Shown here: one piece after another, positions 53,537 through 63,355 of the stretch
How positions within the stretch are numbered: position 1 is the first letter of the stretch
Layout of the letters: each line of letters starts with the position of its first letter
From: Bacillales bacterium
GTDB taxonomy: Bacteria; Bacillota_I; Bacilli_A; RF39; UBA660
Assembly (NCBI GenBank): GCA_016282375.1
Contig: JAEEKI010000011.1
Span: 1,691-65,690 of the forward strand
Direction of reading: 5' to 3'
Length of the DNA stretch: 64,000 nt
Notes under the pieces: model-generated
What the model saw: only the letters and a program-made list of their open reading frames with translations
Database searches by the model: none
What the model was told of the DNA's origin: nothing
Position numbers and translations under genes: made by a program

Positions 53537-55140
53537 AAAAGATTATATCTCTTATTAAAGCGTGCATGACAAGTGAAATGTCATTATTTAAAATAAACCT
53601 AAAGCATAAGAGTAGAATATCTAAAATTATGATTATTCTTTTCTTATGTTTTGCTTTTATGAGCATGACTGCTTCATATTCGAGCATGATGTTAGAAAAA
53701 CTGGCTCCATTTGATATGCAATATGTAGTTTTGTCACTGTTTGTTTTTGTGATATCTATTTTTACTTTTATCGAAGGTATTTATAAGTCGGGTAGTTTAT
53801 TGTTTAATTGTAAAGATGATCAATTGCTTTTATCTTTGCCTATTAAAAAATCAACAGTTTTATTTATACGTATATTTAAATTTTATGTTTTTGAGTTAAT
53901 GTTCAATTCTTTATTTTTTGTGCCTTTGATGGTTTGTTATATGATTTATACTAAGGTAACGGCATCTTTTATTATTACATCAATAGTAATGCTTTTATTA
54001 CTACCTATTATTCCAATTGTGTTATCATGTATTATTGGCACGATTATAACTTGGTTATCTGGCAAGTTTAGATTTAAAAACTTTGCACAAATTTTTATTA
54101 CCGCTATTTTCTTATTAGGAGTATTTTATCTATCTTTTAATATCGATAGCTTTATCGCTAATATTGCGCAAAAGGCTGCGAGTGTAAATGAATTAATAAC
54201 AAAAATATATTACCCTGCTGGAGCATATGCTAAACTGGCGGTGGATTTTCATATTAGTGATTTATTACTATTTATAGTCATTAATCTATTGATATTTATT
54301 ATTTGTATTTTTGGATTAAGTGCGTTTTATTTTAAGATTAATAGTAACATTAAAAGAGTAACTACAGGAAGTCATAAGGCAATAAAAAAACAAAATATTA
54401 AAAAACACAGTCAAACAAGGGCCTTAGTATTTAAGGAATTTAATACTTTTTTTAAAATACCAGTTTTTATTATCAATGCTGGTTGGGGTATTATTCTATT
54501 TCTAATTGCTGCTTTTGCAATGTGCTTTAAATATGATTCATTCCTAAAAATACTAACTACTTCAGGAGTGGAACTGGGTTCTATTTACCAAAATGTTCCT
54601 TTGCTAGTGGTTTTGATTGTGGCCGTAGCATCTTTTACAACGTCAATAACTAGTTCGATGATTAGTTTAGAAGGTAGAAACTATGCAATAGTAAAGAGTT
54701 TACCTGTCAGTAGCAAAAGAGTGCTTTTATCAAAAGTCTTAGCAGCGTGTCTTTTAACAATTCCTGCTCTATTGATTGGGGTTTTTGCTTTGGCTATTAA
54801 ATTTAAGATTGATTTTATTACAGTGCTATTAATTATTGGTTTGACAATTCTAATGCCTTTGGTATCACATTTTAGTGGCTTAATTATCAATTTGAAATTT
54901 CCTAAATTACAATTTGATAGTCCAACGGAAGTCGTTAAACAAAGTATAAGCACTTTTGCAGCCTTGCTGTTTGATTTTATCGTTTTAATTGCTATGGGTT
55001 ATTTATTATTCAAATTTGCTGATAAAAGTTTAAACGTAATGTTATTGATATTGACATTCATTATGGGATTAATTGATTTTGTGTTATACTTATATTTAGT
55101 AAAAAGAGGAACTAGATTATTTGAAGATTTGACTTTATAG
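53533..55140 (+). CDS. ABC exporter permease
   Basis: Multi-TM; LLSLPI, ISLEG...SLP repeats. Confidence 0.8.
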   Translation: MKKIISLIKACMTSEMSLFKINLKHKSRISKIMIILFLCFAFMSMTASYSSMMLEKLAPFDMQYVVLSLFVFVISIFTFIEGIYKSGSLLFNCKDDQLLLSLPIKKSTVLFIRIFKFYVFELMFNSLFFVPLMVCYMIYTKVTASFIITSIVMLLLLPIIPIVLSCIIGTIITWLSGKFRFKNFAQIFITAIFLLGVFYLSFNIDSFIANIAQKAASVNELITKIYYPAGAYAKLAVDFHISDLLLFIVINLLIFIICIFGLSAFYFKINSNIKRVTTGSHKAIKKQNIKKHSQTRALVFKEFNTFFKIPVFIINAGWGIILFLIAAFAMCFKYDSFLKILTTSGVELGSIYQNVPLLVVLIVAVASFTTSITSSMISLEGRNYAIVKSLPVSSKRVLLSKVLAACLLTIPALLIGVFALAIKFKIDFITVLLIIGLTILMPLVSHFSGLIINLKFPKLQFDSPTEVVKQSISTFAALLFDFIVLIAMGYLLFKFADKSLNVMLLILTFIMGLIDFVLYLYLVKRGTRLFEDLTL

Positions 55141-55173
55141 TTGAGTTTTATTGATACTTTTATAGGAGGAACA

Positions 55174-56763
55174 ATGGTAGAAAAAGAATTTTTAAAAATG
55201 ATTGATACACAGTTAGATGCAATTATTCAAGAATCTGAATTATTAACTAAACAATTATTGTATTATCAAAGTGTTGATCGCGGTAGTAAACAAATTGGTT
55301 ATATTAATTTTCAATTAGCTATACTTCGAAAAAAACAACAAGTTTTAAAAAGTTTGACTGGTTTTCCAGCATATGCTCGTATCAAAGCTATGTCAGATGA
55401 AGAATTAGCTCAATATAAAACAACTCAAAAAGATATGTTGAATTCAGAAGTTCAAGAAACATTAGAACAAATAGGCCAAGTTCGAGAAAGAATTGCTGCT
55501 TTAAACAAAGAACAATATGAGCAATCTTTATCTTTTAGCGGATTAAGTGAAGAACAACGCACTGAAGCTATCACTAGAGGAAGACAAATAATTAGTGAAT
55601 TAGAATCTGAAGATAAAAAACTTCAGAAACTACTTGGTAGTATTTATGATCAAAAAGATCAATTGAAGAAGGTTAATCAAAAGCAACCAGGTGAAATTAG
55701 AAATGATATGCTATCTAAGGCCGAACGTAAAAAAACTATCGAAGATAGTGTAAATAGAGTTCTAAATAATCCTGTTTCGGATACAGAAAAGATGTTGGCC
55801 TCAGTGGCTGACGATCCTATTAAATGTCAACAAATGATTTATTTATTAACGTTATATGGAAGACTACTTTCTGCAGAAAAAAATATCAAAACACATTTGG
55901 AATTGCCCGAAGCATTACCTGATGAATTGCATGCATTGATAGTTAATCATTCCTCTTACGATGACAAAGGTAAATATGCTTATGATGTAGGAGCGATTGA
56001 AAAGATTTTTCAAGACTTCAGTGGACGTTTTGCTAAAGACAAAGGTGAGTTTAATTATCAATTTACAGAAGGTAAATTAATCGGTTTAGCGGGAAAAGAA
56101 AAAGATCGTTTCTACGATTCGATGGATGTTGGTTATTTAGTCCATCATCGTGATAAACTTGAATTAGGAAAAGTTGATCAAATATATGACTTAATTGATC
56201 GTCATAATCGTTTGGATTATAGAGTTATTAAAACTAAGGCTATTAAAGACCGAATTCAAAATTTAAATACCCTTATTCAGTTGGAAATAAACGAGGTTTA
56301 TCATCGCATTATTGCATGGTATTATGCTAATGTGCCTAAATCATTAGGCTTGCATAGTAAATTAGATTTCTTTTCAGAACAAACACTATGTGATTTCATT
56401 GAGAATTCTCAAGTAGATATTGATTTGTCTGAACAAGCTATGCATGATTTAAATAATCGTTTAATGAATGCCCAAAATGATTTGAATGCTCAAAAAGAGG
56501 GCTTTACTAACCAAAAGACTGAGGTAGCCGGTCGCATTCGTTCCATCGCAGGAGCCGAATTTGCTAAAACAGATATGCCTTCAGTTAAGGATGAAGTTAG
56601 TTACAATGAGAATTTGCTTTTAGAGGCAATTGGTCGTGTATATGCCGAGGAAATCATTCGTAATGTGACAAGAAGGGCTGGTCAAAAAGCGATTCAAGCC
56701 CAAGAAGCTTTAAGGCAAGGTCACGAACAAGAAAATAATGATTCATTAAATAGAAAAATATAA
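55174..56763 (+). CDS. Hypothetical coiled-coil-rich protein
   Basis: AGGAGG RBS; Q/E/K heptad-like segments. Confidence 0.75.
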   Translation: MVEKEFLKMIDTQLDAIIQESELLTKQLLYYQSVDRGSKQIGYINFQLAILRKKQQVLKSLTGFPAYARIKAMSDEELAQYKTTQKDMLNSEVQETLEQIGQVRERIAALNKEQYEQSLSFSGLSEEQRTEAITRGRQIISELESEDKKLQKLLGSIYDQKDQLKKVNQKQPGEIRNDMLSKAERKKTIEDSVNRVLNNPVSDTEKMLASVADDPIKCQQMIYLLTLYGRLLSAEKNIKTHLELPEALPDELHALIVNHSSYDDKGKYAYDVGAIEKIFQDFSGRFAKDKGEFNYQFTEGKLIGLAGKEKDRFYDSMDVGYLVHHRDKLELGKVDQIYDLIDRHNRLDYRVIKTKAIKDRIQNLNTLIQLEINEVYHRIIAWYYANVPKSLGLHSKLDFFSEQTLCDFIENSQVDIDLSEQAMHDLNNRLMNAQNDLNAQKEGFTNQKTEVAGRIRSIAGAEFAKTDMPSVKDEVSYNENLLLEAIGRVYAEEIIRNVTRRAGQKAIQAQEALRQGHEQENNDSLNRKI

Positions 56764-56853
56764 TACTAAAAACAACAAATTATATTATTTGTTGTTTTTT
56801 ATTTTCGCAGAAAGATTAGATATGTTAGAATATAATTATTAGAAAGGTTATTT

Positions 56854-57897
56854 ATGAAAGATTTACAACAAATATTGTTAGATGATGATATTGTTTCTTC
56901 GATTAACAACAATATGAATGATTTACTTACATTGATTCCTGAGTTAAAAAATATGATGGGTTTTGAACATCGTCATCCTCATCATCACTTAGATGTTTGG
57001 AATCATACTTTATTAGCTTTGAGTTTATCTAAAAAAGATTTTGATATTAGACTTAGTCTTTTGTTACATGATATTGGTAAACCATTTTCTTATCAAGAAG
57101 AAGAGGATGTAAGGCATTTTAAACATCATGCTGAGGAATCGGAAAAAATGGCTAGAACAATTCTTGAACGACTAGGTTATCCAGAAAAGTATATTGATGA
57201 GATATGTTTTTTAATAGGGAGTCATGACACTCCGATTGATGATGATTTGGTTAACTATCATTATGATCTTAGTGTTAAACTATATGAAGTACAAAGATGT
57301 GATGCATTAGCTCATAATCCGGAAAAGCTTGATAAAAGAATTGCTTATTTACATGAAACCAAAGGTAAATTACGTGCACGAAATAATATTTCTATTCCTT
57401 TGGAGGATTACAAAGACTATTTGGTAAATTTTTATCGTTATGAAAGTGATAATTCTTTAAGTCGGCGAATCAAAAGACGCAAAATGTTGTCTTTAAAATA
57501 TGATGATTTCTTCTTACAAAAGATAATAGATGATACTTATGCTTTTGTTAAAGATATTTTTAATAGTAAAGCTATTGATGTCGGATATTGCACTTTCTTA
57601 CTCAATGAAGAAAGTACACAATATATATCTTTAGGTTTAATAGATGATGGTTCTGCTGATAGTATTTTTATCGATAATCAGGGTAGAATGATTAGTACTT
57701 ATTTATTAAAAAGAATTTTCGGTGATACTTTGTGTATGGAAGTTCATCAAGAAGAAGTAGCCTTTAATACAAAGAATAAAGTAAATAACAATTATTGCTA
57801 TTCATTATACATGTCTGGTTTTCCAAAAAACATGCGTGAATTAAAAGAAATATTATTTGGAAGAACTAGAGTATTAAAAAAACATTCTATGATATAA
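56854..57897 (+). CDS. HD-domain protein (CCA-enzyme-HD-like) fused to an unknown C-terminal domain ending RVLKKHSMI
   Basis: HHHLDVWNHT, LLHDIGKP, HF..HA, CDA. Confidence 0.8.
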   Translation: MKDLQQILLDDDIVSSINNNMNDLLTLIPELKNMMGFEHRHPHHHLDVWNHTLLALSLSKKDFDIRLSLLLHDIGKPFSYQEEEDVRHFKHHAEESEKMARTILERLGYPEKYIDEICFLIGSHDTPIDDDLVNYHYDLSVKLYEVQRCDALAHNPEKLDKRIAYLHETKGKLRARNNISIPLEDYKDYLVNFYRYESDNSLSRRIKRRKMLSLKYDDFFLQKIIDDTYAFVKDIFNSKAIDVGYCTFLLNEESTQYISLGLIDDGSADSIFIDNQGRMISTYLLKRIFGDTLCMEVHQEEVAFNTKNKVNNNYCYSLYMSGFPKNMRELKEILFGRTRVLKKHSMI

Positions 57898-57908
57898 TTT
57901 AGATATAA

Positions 57909-58140
57909 ATGATAGGTAAATTTTGATAAAAGGGAATATTATAACACTTATAGTATTATTAATGGAGCACTAATGAGGCTATCTCTGGGAGGCTTTATGT
58001 TTGATAATGAGCAAGGTGTTATTGATAATGCTGCAATATGACTGAAACTATTTATGGCATAAAGATACTTGATAGTTTTGTGAGAAAGTTAAAAAAACAG
58101 GAAAAGACATTTAAGAGAAAAATATTTAGATTTACTAAGT
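57909..58140 (+). pseudogene. Degraded gene remnant
   Basis: Protein-like fragments in two frames (VNFDKREYYNTY...; ...VRKLKKQEKTFKRKI). Confidence 0.35.
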
Positions 58141-58185
58141 ATTTTTTTTATGTTAAAATATAGAACAATTTATATGGAGAATTAT

Positions 58186-58983
58186 ATGGCAATCATTAAT
58201 CCGTCAAATATTATAGTTAAGTTTATTGATAAAATGCATTATTTAGAAAATGAACATGTTCTAGGATGCTTTTTTTATGGTAGTTTCCTAACTGGTTTTA
58301 ATAATAGTAGTTCAGATATAGATTTACATGTAATATTTGATAATAGTGATACAAAACATATTATCAGAGGTAATGCTGTCATAGAGGGAGTAAGAATTGA
58401 ATATTTTGAAAAGCCTATTGATGATGTATATCTTTCGATAGATAATGATTTTAATAACCAAAGTAATGCTTTACTATCTATTATTGGTACTTCAAGAATC
58501 GTTTTAGATAAACATGGCGATTTATATAAACTTCAACAATATGCTCTTGAAAAATTTTCTCATCCGCTTCCACCACTTGATAGTGAGGATGCTAAAGAAT
58601 GTGTTTCTATTTTGAATAATCGCATGGAAAAATTAGCAAAAGCCGCTGATGAAAATAGTCCATATTTTAATCATTTATATCATTTAACAATTGAAAAGAT
58701 TCGCAAGTTTTATCATAAGTTAAATGGAATGCCGGAGTTACAAACTTCAAAAGTATACCGGGTATATACTGATGAAAGATATCGTGATTCCTTTTATAAG
58801 GACTATATACCTGAAAAAGAATTTGTTTCAATGTATATAGATGCTATATGTGATAATAGTTCTGATGTGAAAGAAAAATTAATAAAAGTACAAAAATTAT
58901 TTGATTTTGCTAAGAGAAATGTTGATTTAAATGACAAAGAATATCGCATTTTAATAAAATCAAGAAATAAAAGATACAATTAA
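58186..58983 (+). CDS. Pol-beta superfamily nucleotidyltransferase with helical C-domain
   Basis: FYGSFLTG...SDIDLHVI, RIEYF. Confidence 0.8.
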   Translation: MAIINPSNIIVKFIDKMHYLENEHVLGCFFYGSFLTGFNNSSSDIDLHVIFDNSDTKHIIRGNAVIEGVRIEYFEKPIDDVYLSIDNDFNNQSNALLSIIGTSRIVLDKHGDLYKLQQYALEKFSHPLPPLDSEDAKECVSILNNRMEKLAKAADENSPYFNHLYHLTIEKIRKFYHKLNGMPELQTSKVYRVYTDERYRDSFYKDYIPEKEFVSMYIDAICDNSSDVKEKLIKVQKLFDFAKRNVDLNDKEYRILIKSRNKRYN

Positions 58984-59007
58984 GATAAATTAATAGGAGG
59001 TAATAAT

Positions 59008-59517
59008 ATGAACAATAATGAAAGAATGTCTTCTTTTACATATGTTAATAATTTTAAAAAGAAAGATAATGATACATATATAGATGTGAACTATATTAGT
59101 TCAACACCTATTGATAAGGAAGAATACAAAAGATTGCATAGTGTTCTTGACCAATACTTTGTTAATGATAGCTGTGAAGATATCGTTGCTATTGTTATGC
59201 AAATTAAGCAATTATTTGTAGACTATGATGAAAAAAGATTAATGGTTAGTCTTAGAAATAATGATTTTTTTCAAAGAGTAGAGTATATCGATGGTTTTGT
59301 TGATAGTTGCTATTTATCTAGTACGAATTGGGATGATGCCATATCTGTTTCCTTTGATCATAAAGGTACAGATATTCGTTATAAGAAAGATCGTCAATAT
59401 GTTGAATCATTTGAAAATGTCATAAATATATACGATGAACTAAATACCTATTTTCTGAAGTTATTTCAATTACGCTTATTAGAAAAGAAAGATGAGATGA
59501 AAAGAATAAGAAGATAG
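59008..59517 (+). CDS. Hypothetical protein
   Basis: AGGAGG RBS, ORF. Confidence 0.7.
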   Translation: MNNNERMSSFTYVNNFKKKDNDTYIDVNYISSTPIDKEEYKRLHSVLDQYFVNDSCEDIVAIVMQIKQLFVDYDEKRLMVSLRNNDFFQRVEYIDGFVDSCYLSSTNWDDAISVSFDHKGTDIRYKKDRQYVESFENVINIYDELNTYFLKLFQLRLLEKKDEMKRIRR

Positions 59518-59560
59518 TTTTTTATTCTTTTTTTATGTTATAATCATAAGGTGTGAACAA

Positions 59561-59689
59561 TTGGATGATTATATTATTTGTAAAGATGAACTTATATCTG
59601 GGACTAATATTAATGGTTCTGTTGATGTTGGCATTAAAGATGGTATATCTTGTATGGCGATTAATAATAATACTTTAACTTGTGAATGA
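59561..59689 (+). CDS. 42-aa Cys-containing ORF (MDDYIICKDELISGTNINGSVDVGIKDGISCMAINNNTLTCE)
   Basis: TGTTATAAT promoter, AAGGTG RBS, TTG start. Confidence 0.4.
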   Translation: MDDYIICKDELISGTNINGSVDVGIKDGISCMAINNNTLTCE

Positions 59690-59734
59690 GTTTGATTTAC
59701 AAATATTGATAAAAATAAAAGGAGTTGATCTTTA

Positions 59735-60586
59735 ATGAATGAAAATAAAACAAATATCAATTGGTACCCAGGACATATGGCTAAGACCAAAAGACAAATC
59801 TTAGAGAAAATGGATTTAATTGATATTGTGTATGAAGTTGTTGATGCACGTATTCCTTTATCTTCGAAGATAAAAGATATTGATGAAATAATTAAGAACA
59901 AAGAGAAAATCTTAATTATGACTAAAAAAGATTTATGTAATCAAAAAGAGACTAATAAATGGATTAGTTTCTATCAAAGTAAAGGTTATAACGTTTTATG
60001 TATTGATTTAAAGGATAATAAAGATTATAAGAAAATTATTGATTTAACTAAAAAAGTCACTAAATCAATTCAAGATAAGCGTTTGAGTAAAGGATTGAAA
60101 CCTAAAGATATAAAAGCTTTAGTTATTGGAATACCTAATGTAGGTAAGTCGACACTAATTAATAAAATGGTAGGTAAAAAGGCTGCTCAAGTAGCTAATA
60201 CACCAGGAGTAACTAAAAATTTATCTTTTTTACCAACTAATTTTGGGATAGTCTTATTAGATACCCCTGGTATTTTATGGCCTAAATTAGAAAGTCAAAC
60301 GGAAGCCTTAAATATTGCATCGATTGGTTCGATAAAAAAAGAAGTATTAAATATGTATGATGTTGCATCTAATATTATTGAACTTTATTTAAAATATTAT
60401 CCTGAAGTATTATGTAATATTTATCATATTGATGGTGGTGATAGTCAAAGTATTATTGATAATTTAGCTCAAAAGTGGCATTTTATAAGTGATGGGGAAG
60501 TTAATTATCAGTTAGTCTGTGAAAGAATTTATAATGATTTAATCAGTGGAAAGGTAAAAAATATTACATTAGATATATGCAAGTAG
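59735..60586 (+). CDS. rbgA: Ribosome biogenesis GTPase RbgA/YlqF
   Basis: WYPGHMAK, DARIP, GIPNVGKS, LDTPGILWP. Confidence 0.96.
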   Translation: MNENKTNINWYPGHMAKTKRQILEKMDLIDIVYEVVDARIPLSSKIKDIDEIIKNKEKILIMTKKDLCNQKETNKWISFYQSKGYNVLCIDLKDNKDYKKIIDLTKKVTKSIQDKRLSKGLKPKDIKALVIGIPNVGKSTLINKMVGKKAAQVANTPGVTKNLSFLPTNFGIVLLDTPGILWPKLESQTEALNIASIGSIKKEVLNMYDVASNIIELYLKYYPEVLCNIYHIDGGDSQSIIDNLAQKWHFISDGEVNYQLVCERIYNDLISGKVKNITLDICK

Positions 60587-61197
60587 ATTTACTAAAATAT
60601 GAAAAAGAATTATATGCTAAAGGTTATAAGTTAATTGCTGGCTGTGATGAAGCAGGCCGCGGTCCTTTGTGTGGCCCAGTTGTAGCTGCGGCTGTTATTT
60701 TACCTGAAAATTATTTTGTCGAAGGTTTAACTGATTCAAAAAAATTAACGGAGAAAAAAAGAAAAAAATTTTATGATATTATTATGCGTGATGCCATCAG
60801 TGTAGGTATTTCCATTATTGATAATAAAAAAATAGATGAAATAAATATTTTAGAAGCTAGTCGGTTAGCGATGAATGAAGCCGTAAGTAAACTAAAAGTT
60901 CAACCGGATTTTATAATTACTGATGCAATGGACTTGCATAAAGATAATGTATTACCTATAATAAAGGGTGATGCTAAAAGCATAACTATTGGTGCCGCAT
61001 CAATTATTGCTAAAGTGACAAGAGATCGCATCATGTATGAACTGGATGAGAAGTATCCTTTATATGAACTAGGTAAACATAAAGGTTATCCTACTAAAAG
61101 ACATATTGAGTTAATGGAAAAATATGGCGTTTTAGATTTTTATCGTCAAAGTTATAAACCGGTTAAAGAGGCTTTAGCAAAAGAAAGGAATAATTAA
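60577..61197 (+). CDS. rnhB: Ribonuclease HII
   Basis: GCDEAGRGPLCGPV, DSKKL, AASIIAKVTRD, HKGYPT. Confidence 0.96.
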   Translation: MQVDLLKYEKELYAKGYKLIAGCDEAGRGPLCGPVVAAAVILPENYFVEGLTDSKKLTEKKRKKFYDIIMRDAISVGISIIDNKKIDEINILEASRLAMNEAVSKLKVQPDFIITDAMDLHKDNVLPIIKGDAKSITIGAASIIAKVTRDRIMYELDEKYPLYELGKHKGYPTKRHIELMEKYGVLDFYRQSYKPVKEALAKERNN

Positions 61198-63224
61198 TGA
61201 AAAATGTAGTTATTGTAGAGTCCCCTGCTAAATGTAAAACAATTGAAAAATATTTAGGTAGTGGTGATTATAGTGTTGTATCATCAAAAGGTCATATTCG
61301 AGACTTAGCAACATCTGGGAAATATGGATTAGGTATTGATATTGAAAATGATTTTAAACCTAATTATCAAATAATAAGTGGTAAGAAAAAAGAAGTATCA
61401 TATTTAAAGAAATTAGTTGAAAGTGCTGATCATGTCTATCTGGCAACCGATCCAGACCGTGAAGGAGAAACTATTTCTTGGCATTTATATGATGAACTGG
61501 CTATTCCTGATTCTAAATATGATCGGGTAGTTTTTAACGAAATTACCAAAGATATAGTTTTAAAAGCATTAGAAAATCCCCGTAGAATAGATATGAATCT
61601 TGTTCATAGTGGAGAAACAAGAAGATTTTTAGATCGAATTATTGGTTTTCGTTTAAGTAAATTAATGCAATCTAAGACAGGGGGAAAGTCTGCTGGTAGA
61701 GTTCAAAGTGTAGCTTTAAAACTAATTGTGGACCGCGAAAGAGAAATCCTTGCTTTTGTACCAAAAGAATATTGGACAATCGAAGCGGTATTTAAGGACT
61801 TTACAGCTGTATTAGATACTTATCACGGTAAAGAAGTAGAGATTAATAATGAAGATGAGGCAGATGTTATTTTAGGAAGACTAACTAATAGTTTTAAAAT
61901 AACTAGCATCGAAGAAAAGGAAAAGAATCGGAGCGCTAAAGAAGTATTTAAGACTTCGACTTTACAACAACTTGCATCATCTAAACTAGGTTTTCCAGCA
62001 TCTAAAACGATGAAGATTGCTCAAAAATTATACGAAGGTATTGATGTTGGAACAGAATCAGCTGGTCTTATAACATATATGCGTACTGACAGTACTCGTA
62101 TATCTGATGAATTTATTAAATCAGCTTTTGGCTTTATTAAAGAAAAACATGGCGAAGAATATATTGGCTACGTTAAGAAAAGTAAGAAGACGGAAAATGT
62201 TCAAGATGCCCATGAAGGTATTAGACCAACTTCAGTCAATCGAACTCCTGAAAGTATTAAAAAGTATTTATCAAATGATGAATATAAACTATATAAACTT
62301 ATTTATATTAGAGCTCTAGCTTCTTTGATGGCCGATGCAAAATTCTTATCTACAACGATTAATCTTGATAATAACGAATATATATTTAAGGCAACAGGTA
62401 GTGTTTTAACTTTTGATGGATATCTTAAAGTTTATAGTGAATATGAAGATCAAGAAGATGCTATTTTGCCTGATTTAAAAAATTATAAAGGTGATTTATT
62501 ATCTAAAGAGATAAACAAACTACAACATTTTACAAAGCCGCCAGCAAGATATACGGAAAGTAGTTTAATTAAGGAACTCGAATCCTTAGGGATTGGTCGA
62601 CCATCTACTTATGCTACGATCTTAGGTACTATTAAAGAAAGAGAGTATGTTACTCTTGAGGATAAAAAGTTTGTACCAACAGAGATTGGTTTTGAAACAA
62701 CTGATAAATTACAAGAATTCTTTTCAAGTATTGTAAATGTTAAATATACAGCATCGATGGAAGATGATTTAGATAAAATTGCCGAAGAAAAAGCAGATTA
62801 TCATAAGGTATTAAGTGACTTTTATGAAGAATTTTCTCCACTTGTGGATGCTGCATTTAAGAATATGGAAAAGAAACCAGCCGAAGAAACCGGAGAAACT
62901 TGTCCAGAATGTGGTAATCCTTTAGTTATTCGCAAAGGTAAATTCGGTGAGTTTGTTGCTTGTTCTAATTATCCAACTTGTAAATATATTAAAAAAGAAA
63001 AAAAGGAAACAATCGTCGTTTGTAAATGCCCTAAATGTGGTGGCGATATTGTCGAAAAGCCTACTCGCAAAGGAAAGGTTTTCTGGGGATGTGCTAATTA
63101 TCCGAAATGTAAATATGCATCTTGGTATAAGCCTACCGGAGATATTTGCGATAAATGTGGGGACTTGATTGTTAATAAAAATGGTGTTTTAATTTGCCCA
63201 ACATGTGATCAAAATGAAAAATAG
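61197..63224 (+). CDS. topA: DNA topoisomerase I
   Basis: IVESPAK, ATDPDREGE, SAGRVQS, ITYMRTDS, C-terminal Zn ribbons. Confidence 0.98.
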   Translation: MKNVVIVESPAKCKTIEKYLGSGDYSVVSSKGHIRDLATSGKYGLGIDIENDFKPNYQIISGKKKEVSYLKKLVESADHVYLATDPDREGETISWHLYDELAIPDSKYDRVVFNEITKDIVLKALENPRRIDMNLVHSGETRRFLDRIIGFRLSKLMQSKTGGKSAGRVQSVALKLIVDREREILAFVPKEYWTIEAVFKDFTAVLDTYHGKEVEINNEDEADVILGRLTNSFKITSIEEKEKNRSAKEVFKTSTLQQLASSKLGFPASKTMKIAQKLYEGIDVGTESAGLITYMRTDSTRISDEFIKSAFGFIKEKHGEEYIGYVKKSKKTENVQDAHEGIRPTSVNRTPESIKKYLSNDEYKLYKLIYIRALASLMADAKFLSTTINLDNNEYIFKATGSVLTFDGYLKVYSEYEDQEDAILPDLKNYKGDLLSKEINKLQHFTKPPARYTESSLIKELESLGIGRPSTYATILGTIKEREYVTLEDKKFVPTEIGFETTDKLQEFFSSIVNVKYTASMEDDLDKIAEEKADYHKVLSDFYEEFSPLVDAAFKNMEKKPAEETGETCPECGNPLVIRKGKFGEFVACSNYPTCKYIKKEKKETIVVCKCPKCGGDIVEKPTRKGKVFWGCANYPKCKYASWYKPTGDICDKCGDLIVNKNGVLICPTCDQNEK

Positions 63225-63355
63225 GTAATGAATAATTACTTATTTTTTTATAAAAAAGTTTTTATACTTTACATAAACTATAATTTTTAACAATAATGAT
63301 TATGTTGTTATTGAAATTATAATGTGATAAAATTGTGGTTAGAATAGAGGTTCAT

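Noticed and set aside
59565-59678. Hydrophobic 37-aa ORF as a type I toxin
   Set aside because: It looks like an AT-rich shadow frame of the TTG ORF at 59561, which has better RBS spacing; no antisense partner is evident.
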